In this document: piece after piece, positions 56,479 to 64,000 of the stretch
How the letters are laid out: every line of letters starts with the position of its first letter
Numbering within the stretch: position 1 is the stretch's first letter
Source: Granulicella sp.
GTDB lineage: Bacteria; Acidobacteriota; Terriglobia; Terriglobales; Acidobacteriaceae
Assembly (NCBI GenBank): GCA_965198515.1
Contig: CBDAPO010000005.1
Coordinates: 240,896-304,895, forward strand
Direction: 5' to 3'
DNA: 64,000 bases
Position numbers and translations under genes: made by a program
The notes under the pieces: model-generated
Database searches by the model: none
The model's input: only the letters and a program-made list of their open reading frames with translations
Told to the model about the DNA's origin: nothing

Positions 56479-57537
56479 ATGCCGGTAGCAACGCCCGTAA
56501 CCGTTGGGATCGATCTCGGCGGTACCAGCATTCGTGTCGGTTTGTATGACCTTGAGATGCAGTTGTTGGCTCAGCACTCGATGCCGACCCGGGTCGCGGC
56601 AGGTCCACAGGCAGCCGTGAACGAAATGGCCTCTGCGATCAATGCCTTGTGCGCTGGTGTCGGCCTGAAGGCAAAGAGCAACCTCATCGGTATCGGCATT
56701 GGCAGCCCGGGCCCTATCAACCTGCGCACCGGTGTGCTCGGCCTTTTGCCGAATCTGCACGGATGGGAGAACTTTCCGTTGCGCGATGCCCTTGCGGAAG
56801 CCAGCGGCCTGCCGGTGATTCTTGAATCTGACGCAAACGCCGCGGCTCTCGCGGAATGGAAGCTGGGTGCCGGCCGTTCAAGCGGGTTGGACACCATGGT
56901 GATGATCACGCTGGGCACAGGCGTGGGCAGTGGCCTGATTCTGGGTGGCAAGCTCTGGCATGGCATGTTCGGCATGGGTGGCGAGCTTGGCCACAGCATT
57001 GTGGAACCGGGTGGCGCGCGGTGTGGCTGCGGCAGCCGTGGATGCCTTGAGGTGTACGCCTCTGCCAATGGCTTGATCCGTCTTGCGAAAGGCGCCGGCA
57101 GCGCGGAAGATGCTTCGCCCGCGATGCGTGCGCTCACGGCACAAGCCTTCATGCCGCTCGATGTGGCGCTGCTGGCCGAGACAGGGGACCGCTCGGCGCA
57201 ACGTGCGTTCGAGGAGTTGGGACGGTACCTGGGGCTCGGCCTGGCGAACCTGGTCAGCACGCTGGATCCGCCGATGATCGTTGTTGGTGGTGGTGTGGCG
57301 AGTGCATGGCCGTTGTTTGCGCCATCGATGTTCGCCGCCATGCGCGAGCACAGCGTTGTGTATCGCCTGGTTGAACCATCGCAGCACAAGTTTATGGAGC
57401 GCGACCGCACCTTCGTGCGCCCGGCAATGCTGGGCCCTGTGGCCGGGCTGCTGGGCGCCGGTCTTCTGCCCCATCTGGTTGCGCTTACCGCAGAGCCACC
57501 CAGCTTTGAACGCTTCACACAGGAGATCAGCCGTTGA
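56479..57537 (+). CDS. ROK family sugar kinase
   Basis: GIDLGGT, ESDANAAALAE, TLGTGVGSG, GELGH, CGCGSRGCLE. Confidence 0.92.
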   Translation: MPVATPVTVGIDLGGTSIRVGLYDLEMQLLAQHSMPTRVAAGPQAAVNEMASAINALCAGVGLKAKSNLIGIGIGSPGPINLRTGVLGLLPNLHGWENFPLRDALAEASGLPVILESDANAAALAEWKLGAGRSSGLDTMVMITLGTGVGSGLILGGKLWHGMFGMGGELGHSIVEPGGARCGCGSRGCLEVYASANGLIRLAKGAGSAEDASPAMRALTAQAFMPLDVALLAETGDRSAQRAFEELGRYLGLGLANLVSTLDPPMIVVGGGVASAWPLFAPSMFAAMREHSVVYRLVEPSQHKFMERDRTFVRPAMLGPVAGLLGAGLLPHLVALTAEPPSFERFTQEISR

Positions 57538-59054
57538 AGTTCCTTGCCGCCCTGCTTGCCCTGGCTTTGCCCTTTGCCGCCGCTGCTGAAATTCGCTTGC
57601 CCCACCTGTTGTCTGACCATGCAGTGCTTCAACGTGAGCGTCCCATCCATGTGTGGGGCTGGGCCACGCCGGGGGCGCACGTGTCTGCACGCTTCCATAA
57701 GCAGACGGTGGCTGCCGTGACTGACCAGTTTGGCCGATGGAGTTTGTGGTTGGCGCCAGAGACCGCGGGCGGTCCCTACACTTTGACCGTCAACGGCGAT
57801 GGCCCGGAGGTGACGCTCTCTGATCTGCTCGTCGGCGATGTGTGGTTTGCTTCCGGACAAAGCAACATGGAGATACCGCTGGATGGCTTCCGTGATGCGC
57901 AAGGCAAACCTACGGCGCCGATCAAGAACGGCGAAAGGGAGATTGCGGCCGCAACCAACAACAAGCTGCGGCTGCTGCGTGTGGAGCATAAGAGCTCCGA
58001 CTTTCCGCTGGATGACATCACGACGGGCTGGACGCAGTGCACCCCGGAAACAGCGCGGCAGTTTTCCGCTGTGGCGTACTTCTTCGGTCGTGAAATTTCT
58101 GCCAAGGAGAACGTGCCTGTGGGACTGATTGATTCCACGTGGGGTGGTACACCGGCGGACTCCTGGGTTTCGATGAATACGATGGGCACGCATGCTGACC
58201 TTTTGCCTGCCTTTGCGAGCCGGGCCCACTTCGCCACGCACCTCGCAGAAACGGACGCGATGATCGCTGCCGAGAAGCGCGAAGATGATGCGGCCAGGGC
58301 AGCCGGTAAACCGGTACCGTCGCACATGTGGCACCCGTACCAAAGTTCATGGGAGCCTGCGGAGTTGTTCAACGGCATGATCGCGCCGTTTACACCGATG
58401 TCGCTGAAGGGCTTTCTCTGGTACCAGGGCGAAACGAACTCCGGGCATGATCGCGCGCCGTATTACTACACGCTGTTCTCCTCGTTGATCGGCGACTGGC
58501 GCATGCAGTTCGCGCAAGGCGATCTGCCGTTCTTCTTCGTGCAGATTTCGTCGTTCAACTCCCCTGGTGAAGACTGGGGCCGTGTGCGCGATGCACAGCG
58601 TCGCACTCTGGCGGTGGCGAATACAGCGATGGCAGTCACGCTGGATATTGGCCTGGCGGACAACGTGCATCCGCCGGATAAGCAGACCGTGGCGGAGCGT
58701 CTTGCACTGCCTGCTCGTGCGATGGTGTATGGCGAGCGCATTCCGTATGCGTCGCCGCTGTTTCGGCAGGCCACCCGCGAGTTGCAACCCGACGGCACAA
58801 CGGCCATGCGAGTCTGGTTCGACCATGCTGAAGGTTTGAGCTACCGCGGCGGCAGTGCGACCGGCTTTGAACTGGCAGGGCCCGATGGTAGATTCATGCC
58901 GGCAGAGGCAAGGGTCGAAGGCGAGACCGTGGTTGTGAGTTCGCCGAATGTGTCTGCGCCCGAAAATGTTCGTTATGGCTGGATGGGCGTGATCGCGAAC
59001 AATCTGTACAACGCTCAGGGTCTACCGGCCTCGACGTTCACGTCCGAGCCTTAG
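57534..59054 (+). CDS. Sialate O-acetylesterase family (SASA) esterase
   Basis: SGQSNME, WYQGETN, DNVHP; signal peptide; overlaps ROK stop. Confidence 0.9.
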   Translation: MKFLAALLALALPFAAAAEIRLPHLLSDHAVLQRERPIHVWGWATPGAHVSARFHKQTVAAVTDQFGRWSLWLAPETAGGPYTLTVNGDGPEVTLSDLLVGDVWFASGQSNMEIPLDGFRDAQGKPTAPIKNGEREIAAATNNKLRLLRVEHKSSDFPLDDITTGWTQCTPETARQFSAVAYFFGREISAKENVPVGLIDSTWGGTPADSWVSMNTMGTHADLLPAFASRAHFATHLAETDAMIAAEKREDDAARAAGKPVPSHMWHPYQSSWEPAELFNGMIAPFTPMSLKGFLWYQGETNSGHDRAPYYYTLFSSLIGDWRMQFAQGDLPFFFVQISSFNSPGEDWGRVRDAQRRTLAVANTAMAVTLDIGLADNVHPPDKQTVAERLALPARAMVYGERIPYASPLFRQATRELQPDGTTAMRVWFDHAEGLSYRGGSATGFELAGPDGRFMPAEARVEGETVVVSSPNVSAPENVRYGWMGVIANNLYNAQGLPASTFTSEP

Positions 59055-59057
59055 CTC

Positions 59058-59071
59058 GTTGAAGCGCTTAA
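59058..59071. promoter_or_regulatory. LacI-family operator candidate upstream of lacI-like gene
   Basis: GTTGAAGCGCTTAA. Confidence 0.6.
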
Positions 59072-59183
59072 GCGTTGCCACCCTCTGAAGCACATCTGGC
59101 TTCGACCGCAGTTTGGTTCCTGAGAGATGTAGGCTGGTGTTGCATTCGTATGAGAACTTACTTCTGCGACGGAGGACACCGGC

Positions 59184-60203
59184 TTGAATCAACCCGTTCG
59201 CATGAGTGACGTGGCAAAGCTGGCCGGCGTTAGCACGATGACGGTCTCCCGGGTCCTGAACGAGAATGCCAACGTTCTGGAGGAAACGCGGCAGCGTGTC
59301 TTTGCAGCAGTCGAAAAGCTGGGATATCAGCGCAACGAATTGGCCCGTTCTTTGCGGGAGCGCCGGTCTCGCCAGATCGGGATTCTGGTGCCCAACCTGT
59401 GCGACCCGTTTTTTGCGATCTCAGCGCAGGCAATCAACCGCGTGGCGCGGGATAACGATTACTCGGTCAGCATCGCTACAACGGAAGAGGACGCTGAACT
59501 CGAGTTTGAAGAAGCGAGCCGTATGGTGCGTCGCAGCGTGGAAGGGCTTGTTGTGATTCCTGTGGATGTGAAGGGAAACTCGCGACTCCTTTCGCCCGAA
59601 ATCCAGGCTCTGCCGGTGGTCACCATCGATCGCCCTGCGAGTGGTGCCGGCCGCAATGTCGATACGTTCCTGGTGGAAAACAAACAGGGCGCGATGGATG
59701 GAACCAACCACCTCCTCTCGCTCGGGCACAAACGCGTGGCGTGCATCGCGTTGAGTCGCCGGCTTTACACCATGCGCCAACGCATCAGCGGCTATGAGGC
59801 TGCCGTGGAAGCGGCGGGCCTGAAGCCGAAGGTGATCATCGTGCCGGAAACGGCGGAAGGCACCCTTGAAGAACTTCGAGCCGTGATGTCCGAGCGGTAC
59901 GCCCCGACGGCGCTCTTTTGCGCCAACAACCTGACCACGCGGCAAACACTGCACGCTCTACAGGCGCTGGATCTTCACTCGCCAAGCCCGGTGGCGCTGG
60001 TGGGCTTTGATGATTTCGAGACGGCTGATCTGCTGCGTCCCGGTGTCACTGTGGTCAGCCAGCCTTTCGAATCCATGGCACGCCAGGCCGCAGAAACACT
60101 GTTTGCGCGCCTGGCAGAAACAGATCAACAGCCGAAAGGCAAGCGTGTTGTTCTGCCTGTGGAACTCATTATCCGGGGATCGTGTGGAGCGCAGCAACCT
60201 TGA
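59184..60203 (+). CDS. LacI family transcriptional regulator
   Basis: MSDVAKLAGVSTMTVSRVLN HTH; VALVGFDD; LIIRGSC. Confidence 0.95.
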   Translation: MNQPVRMSDVAKLAGVSTMTVSRVLNENANVLEETRQRVFAAVEKLGYQRNELARSLRERRSRQIGILVPNLCDPFFAISAQAINRVARDNDYSVSIATTEEDAELEFEEASRMVRRSVEGLVVIPVDVKGNSRLLSPEIQALPVVTIDRPASGAGRNVDTFLVENKQGAMDGTNHLLSLGHKRVACIALSRRLYTMRQRISGYEAAVEAAGLKPKVIIVPETAEGTLEELRAVMSERYAPTALFCANNLTTRQTLHALQALDLHSPSPVALVGFDDFETADLLRPGVTVVSQPFESMARQAAETLFARLAETDQQPKGKRVVLPVELIIRGSCGAQQP

Positions 60204-60246
60204 TCACCGGATCGCATTTCATCTACCTGCAAGGAGCAAAACTTCT

Positions 60247-61446
60247 GTGTTTCGACCTCGTGTAGCTGCCCTTCTTCTTGCTGTTTGCGGCTCTTTGGCC
60301 CCGCAGGCTTTTTCCCAGACGCAGACGGCCGCTGCAGTCGACAAAGAGCTTGCGTTGACGCCGCCCATGGGCTGGAACAGCTGGAATCACTTCGGCTGCA
60401 ATGTGAGTGAACAGCTGATTCGTGACACTGCGGACGCCCTTGCCACAAGCGGCTTGCGTGACGCGGGCTACAAGTTTCTGGTCATCGATGATTGCTGGCA
60501 CGGCGAGCGCGATGGGCACGGCGACATCCAGGCCGATGCCAAGCGGTTTCCTTCAGGCATCAAGGCGCTCGCGGATTATGTGCACAGCAAGGGTTTGAAG
60601 TTTGGAATTTACTCCGATGCCGGGATGAAGACGTGTGCCGGCCGGCCCGGGTCGCGCGGGTATGAGTTCCAGGATGCGGCGCAGTATGCGAAGTGGGGTG
60701 TGGACTACCTGAAGTATGACTGGTGCAGCACCTCGACGCAGAACGCGCAGGCTTCGTATGCGGTGATGCGTGAGGCGTTGAACCACACGGGCCGGCCAAT
60801 CGTGTTCAGCATGTGTGAGTGGGGCACAGCGAAGCCGTGGATGTGGGCAGGTGAGGGCACGGGCAACCTGTGGCGCACCACGGGCGATATCACGGACAAG
60901 TGGGACGGCAAGCACGGCTACTCGCTGGGCATGATGACGATTGTCGACCTGAACGAGCCCTTGTACAGCTATGCGGGGCCAGGGCACTGGAACGATCCAG
61001 ACATGCTGGAGGTTGGCAATGGTGGCATGACGGCGGACGAGTATCGCGCTCACTTCAGCCTGTGGGCGATGATGGCGGCGCCGCTGATTGCCGGCAACGA
61101 TGTGGCGCACATGAGCGCGGATACGCGGTCCATCCTGATGAACAAGGACGTGATTGCGGTGGACCAGGATGCGATGGGCCATGCGGGTCGTCGCGTGCGC
61201 AAGCAGGGCGATGTCGAAGTGTGGTCGCGGGAACTGTCGAATGGTGACCGCGCGGTGCTGCTGCTGAATCGTGGCGCGGCCGCGGCGCCGGTGCGATTCT
61301 CGCTGGCGGAGGTCGGGTTGCCTGAGTCATTGACGATGCATGCTCACGACCTTTGGAGCGGCAAGGACGTCAGTACAGTGCAGGGCAGCTATACGGCGGC
61401 AGCGGTGCCCTCGCACGGCGTGGTGATGCTGCGCCTGCATCCCTGA
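60247..61446 (+). CDS. GH27 alpha-galactosidase
   Basis: AAGGAG RBS before GTG 60247; TPPMGWNSWN, IDDCW, DYLKYDWC, WRTTGDI, NDPDMLEVG. Confidence 0.93.
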   Translation: MFRPRVAALLLAVCGSLAPQAFSQTQTAAAVDKELALTPPMGWNSWNHFGCNVSEQLIRDTADALATSGLRDAGYKFLVIDDCWHGERDGHGDIQADAKRFPSGIKALADYVHSKGLKFGIYSDAGMKTCAGRPGSRGYEFQDAAQYAKWGVDYLKYDWCSTSTQNAQASYAVMREALNHTGRPIVFSMCEWGTAKPWMWAGEGTGNLWRTTGDITDKWDGKHGYSLGMMTIVDLNEPLYSYAGPGHWNDPDMLEVGNGGMTADEYRAHFSLWAMMAAPLIAGNDVAHMSADTRSILMNKDVIAVDQDAMGHAGRRVRKQGDVEVWSRELSNGDRAVLLLNRGAAAAPVRFSLAEVGLPESLTMHAHDLWSGKDVSTVQGSYTAAAVPSHGVVMLRLHP

Positions 61447-61567
61447 TGCAAGGCGGCTCCGTTCGTTCACAGGAGAGGAACATGCGAGAGACGCGGCTTG
61501 CCCCCGGCAAGAACGGGTGAACTGTTTGGGCGGTTGACGTCATCCAACGGCTTGAGGAGATTTGCTT

Positions 61568-62428
61568 ATGCCGAACGCGACTGCCGTCAGTGCCACCTTC
61601 AAGTTGGGTGGAGAGCTTGAGATTCACCGCCTGGGATTCGGTGCGATGCGCCTTACGGGTGAAGGCATCTGGGGTGAGCCCAAAGATCGTGAGAAGGCCA
61701 AGCAGGTGTTGCGCCGGGCTGTGGAGCTGGGCGTGGACTTCATCGATACGGCGGACTCGTATGGACCGGATGTGAGCGAGATTCTGATTGGTGAGGCGTT
61801 AGCGCCGTTCAAGCAAGGTCTGGTTGTGGCGACCAAAGGTGGGCTGACGAGGCAGGGGCCGAACAAGTGGCTGCCTGTGGGACGTCCTGAGTACCTGGAG
61901 CAGCAGGTAGAGATGAGTCTGCGGCACCTGAAGACGGATAAGATCGACCTTTGGCAGCTGCACCGGATTGACCCGAAGGTGCCTTTCGCGGACTCTTTGG
62001 CGCCGATCAAGCGGTTGCAGCGCCAGGGCAAGATCCGGTTCGTGGGCTTGAGCGAGGTGAGTGTTGCCGAGATTGAGCAGGTACGCAAGTTCATCGACGT
62101 TGTGAGCGTGCAGAACGAATACAACATCACCACGCGCAAGAGCGAAGAGGTGTTGGAGTACTGCGAAAAGGAGAACATCGGGTTTATCCCGTGGTATCCG
62201 GTCGCTGCGGGCAAGCTGGCGCAGCCTGGTGGCAAGCTGGATCAGTTTGCGAAGAAGCACGACGCGACCGTGGCGCAGATCTCGCTGGCGTGGCTGCTGC
62301 ACCGTTCGCCGGTGATGCTGCCGATTCCGGGCACGAGCTCGGTGGAGCACCTTGAGGAGAACCTGAAGGCTGCTGAGCTGCAGTTGTCGGAGAGCGACTT
62401 CGCGGAGCTCGAGGCGGCGACGAAGTAG
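61568..62428 (+). CDS. Aldo/keto reductase
   Basis: GFGAMRL, DTADSYG, ATKGG, DLWQLH, GLSE, PIPGT. Confidence 0.93.
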   Translation: MPNATAVSATFKLGGELEIHRLGFGAMRLTGEGIWGEPKDREKAKQVLRRAVELGVDFIDTADSYGPDVSEILIGEALAPFKQGLVVATKGGLTRQGPNKWLPVGRPEYLEQQVEMSLRHLKTDKIDLWQLHRIDPKVPFADSLAPIKRLQRQGKIRFVGLSEVSVAEIEQVRKFIDVVSVQNEYNITTRKSEEVLEYCEKENIGFIPWYPVAAGKLAQPGGKLDQFAKKHDATVAQISLAWLLHRSPVMLPIPGTSSVEHLEENLKAAELQLSESDFAELEAATK

Positions 62429-62438
62429 TTTTGTTGGC

Positions 62439-62462
62439 GGGGAGGGGGGATCCCCCCTCCCC
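62439..62462. repeat. Perfect 24-bp purine/pyrimidine palindrome
   Basis: GGGGAGGGGGGA|TCCCCCCTCCCC. Confidence 0.9.
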
Positions 62463-62527
62463 CTATCTCCATCGGATCCTGGCGGTAAAATCTCTGTTTT
62501 GTTGCACTTGCAGGTAGCTTGGGGCTG

Positions 62528-62586
62528 CAGAATATTGCAAACAGGGAACTTACGGCCAAAATATTGCAAGCATTGAGGTTAGCGGC
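62528..62586 (+). repeat. Two tandem ~30-nt AT-rich imperfect repeats
   Basis: CAGAATATTGCAAACAGGGAACTTACGGC and CAAAATATTGCAAGCATTGAGGTTAGCGGC; weaker third unit at 62486-62514. Confidence 0.75.
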
Positions 62587-62593
62587 GGATTTG

Positions 62594-62733
62594 GGGGCCG
62601 CTGGCCTCGCCCGGCGGCTAAAGCCGGTTTGCTGGCTGTTGTTTATGGCCCGGCTGAAGCCGGGCCATGACGAGGCGAAGCAGTGCTGAGGGTGAATCGC
62701 TGCCCAAAGCGAAGCGGCCCCTGACGAGGCGAA
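62594..62733. repeat. REP/REPIN-like nested hairpin cluster
   Basis: CGGCT-AA-AGCCG (62615-62626) and ATGGCCCGGCT-GA-AGCCGGGCCAT (62645-62668), enclosed by GGGGCCGCT/AGCGGCCCC; TGACGAGGCGAA occurs twice. Confidence 0.75.
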
Positions 62734-62828
62734 ACAGCCGGTTTTGATGGCACACGGCCCTGTACTTCAACCGTAGCAAACCGGGGTGGAATTGTACGCA
62801 ACGGGAAAGAACGATTTCGAAGGGATTT

Positions 62829-63401
62829 ATGAGCCTGACGTTGAATGCGAATGAGACGGCGCTGGTGTTGATTGATCTGCAGCGGGGGATTGTGGCGCGT
62901 GATTTGAAGCCGCATACGAGCAAGGATGTGGTGGAGCGGTGTGCGCGGCTGGCCCAGGCGATGCGTGCGGCGGGCGGAACCGTGGTCTATGTGCATGTGC
63001 TGATGAACGAGATTGCACGGCCGGCCGGGGATCGACCCATGATGCCGCCCAACGCGCCGCCACCGCCGCCCGAGGCCTCCGAGCTTGTGCCGGAAGCCGG
63101 GTATCAGCCCGGAACAGATGTGTTGATTGCGAAGCGGCAGTGGGGTGCGTTTACGGCGACGAACCTGGACCAGGCACTGCGGCGGCGTGGCGTGAAGACG
63201 ATTGTGATGGGTGGGATCGCGACGAACATTGGCGTGGAATCTACGGCTCGGTCAGCCATTGAATACGGGTACCAGCTGGTGTTTGCCGAGGATGCCATGT
63301 CGACGATGAGTGCGGAGATGCAGGCGTTTGCGGTGGGGACGATCTTTCCGATGATGGGCTTTGTGCGGTCTACGGAAGAGGTATTGGCGGCGTTGGGGTA
63401 A
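62829..63401 (+). CDS. Isochorismatase-family hydrolase (YecD-like)
   Basis: LIDLQ, IAKRQWGAF, GIATNIGVESTAR. Confidence 0.9.
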   Translation: MSLTLNANETALVLIDLQRGIVARDLKPHTSKDVVERCARLAQAMRAAGGTVVYVHVLMNEIARPAGDRPMMPPNAPPPPPEASELVPEAGYQPGTDVLIAKRQWGAFTATNLDQALRRRGVKTIVMGGIATNIGVESTARSAIEYGYQLVFAEDAMSTMSAEMQAFAVGTIFPMMGFVRSTEEVLAALG

Positions 63402-63469
63402 GGCGCTCACGCGGAGGGCGCGAAGGTTTCGCTGAGGGCGGGGAGGGTTCGTCGCCGGGGTAACAGCGG

Positions 63470-63488
63470 GTTCCCTGCGGGAACGACA
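63470..63488 (+). repeat. Intergenic REP-like hairpin, sister of the hscA insert
   Basis: GTTCCC-TGC-GGGAAC-GACA. Confidence 0.7.
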
Positions 63489-63494
63489 GCAAGA

Positions 63495-63542
63495 AATGCA
63501 AATGCAAATGCAAGTGCAAGTGCAAGTGCAAGTGCAACTGCG
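63495..63542 (+). repeat. Hexamer tandem repeat
   Basis: (AATGCA)3(AGTGCA)4 ACTGCG. Confidence 0.95.
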
Positions 63543-63580
63543 AACGCAACGGGCGCTAAGAACGCCAAGGTACGCGACGA
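63543..63580 (+). repeat. Nonamer-periodic dispersed repeat copy
   Basis: 32/38 identical to the reverse complement of 9103-9140. Confidence 0.85.
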
Positions 63581-63586
63581 AAAGCG

Positions 63587-63617
63587 AAGGCCTTCACCCG
63601 GTGGGGGTGAAGGCCTT
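63587..63617. terminator. Bidirectional terminator candidate between convergent genes
   Basis: AAGGCCTTCACCC-GGTGG-GGGTGAAGGCCTT (13-bp perfect stem). Confidence 0.85.
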
Positions 63618-63626
63618 TCTGCTGTT

Positions 63627-63700
63627 GCTACTTCCTACTTCCTGTTTGCTGTTTGCTACTTCCTGTTTGCTGTTTGCTACTTCCTGTTTCCTGTTTCTGT
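63627..63700 (+). repeat. Heptamer tandem repeat with 21-nt higher-order period
   Basis: Ten units of (G/C)CT(A/G)(C/T)TT; (CCTGTTT GCTGTTT GCTACTT) occurs twice. Confidence 0.92.
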
Positions 63701-64000
63701 TTAGAAGATGATTTTCGCGCCGAACTGGGTGTTGAAGGGTTCGCCGGCGCCGATGCCGGGGGCCCCGTTGTAGTCACCGATGGTGTCGTAGAGGGTGGGG
63801 TTGCCGCCTGCGGTGGCGGAGGGTGGCGCGTAGTTGATGCGGTTGAAGACGTTGAACATTTCGGCGCGCAGCTGGACAGTGACGCGCTCGGCGATGTGGG
63901 TGTTCTTGAAGACCGATAGGTCGACGTCAGAGTAGCCGGGGCCGTAGAGGGAGTAGCGGCGCGAGGTGCCGAAGCTGCCCGGGGCGGGGTTGGTGAAGGC
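63701..64000 (-). CDS. C-terminus of a TonB-dependent receptor (5' part outside window)
   Basis: FGTSRRYSLYGPGYSDVDLSVFKNTHI..VQLRAEMFNVFNRINY..FNTQFGAKIIF-stop, translated by hand. Confidence 0.9.
   Translation of the reverse strand, partial: AFTNPAPGSFGTSRRYSLYGPGYSDVDLSVFKNTHIAERVTVQLRAEMFNVFNRINYAPPSATAGGNPTLYDTIGDYNGAPGIGAGEPFNTQFGAKIIF

Noticed and set aside
56358-56488. SD followed by ATG-TGA and an overlapping 38-codon GTG ORF upstream of the ROK kinase
   Set aside because: No recognisable leader-peptide features or attenuator; cannot be distinguished from chance.
56571-58343. Long alternative-frame or antisense ORFs (also 662..2089, 9007..9768, 10600..11922, 27512..29161, 36229..37521, 50303..51811)
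   Set aside because: Shadows of well-supported genes in high-GC DNA; Arg/Pro/Ala-rich with no family motifs.
62486-62586. Possible mini CRISPR array
   Set aside because: Units are adjacent and degenerate with no unique spacers, and there are no cas genes.
62632-62741. Hammerhead ribozyme look-alike: CUGACGA..GAAAC (62721-62735) with CUGGCUGUU able to form stem III
   Set aside because: Stem II would be a single pair with a 1-nt loop, and stem I cannot form next to the cleavage site; the motif is better explained as a REP end.
63496-63711. ORF MQMQMQVQVQ... (71 aa), and ORF 63653..63919
   Set aside because: Translations of hexamer and heptamer tandem repeats and of the receptor antisense strand; no RBS.
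1-64000. rRNA, tRNA, IS elements, integrases, prophage genes
   Set aside because: No cloverleaf, rRNA signature, DDE/HUH transposase or recombinase motifs found.

Overview
High-GC bacterial chromosomal segment. The gene types (carboxypeptidase-like TonB receptors, HEAT-repeat anti-sigma, Ig/PQQ-like lipoprotein, long BamD) point to Acidobacteriota, probably Acidobacteriaceae; this is inference. About 55 CDS: housekeeping genes (rnhA, hscA, fdx, comEC, rlmD, coaX, birA, valS, bamD, rpe, tldD/pmbA), a Phd-VapC toxin-antitoxin pair, an ECF sigma/anti-sigma/PDZ module, a subclass B3 metallo-beta-lactamase coupled to an acyltransferase, a LacI-controlled mannose/galactoside cluster, and four small acidic proteins (one absent from the ORF track). 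I found no rRNA, tRNA, CRISPR array, transposase or integrase. The strongest leads are: (1) a small palindromic REP-like element inserted in frame in hscA, with an intergenic sister copy 41 kb away that carries a compensatory base-pair change; (2) a nonamer-periodic dispersed repeat that forms a long inverted repeat at 9.0-9.1 kb and recurs in a composite repeat stack at 63.4-63.7 kb; (3) two apparent pseudoenzymes, a UvrC-like protein with a degenerate GIY-YIG site and a GH13 lacking domain B and its nucleophile; (4) an inverted-repeat-bounded promoter segment inside the tldD-pmbA operon; (5) a single-base frameshift at the 3' end of valS. All family assignments come from motifs read by eye; no searches were run.
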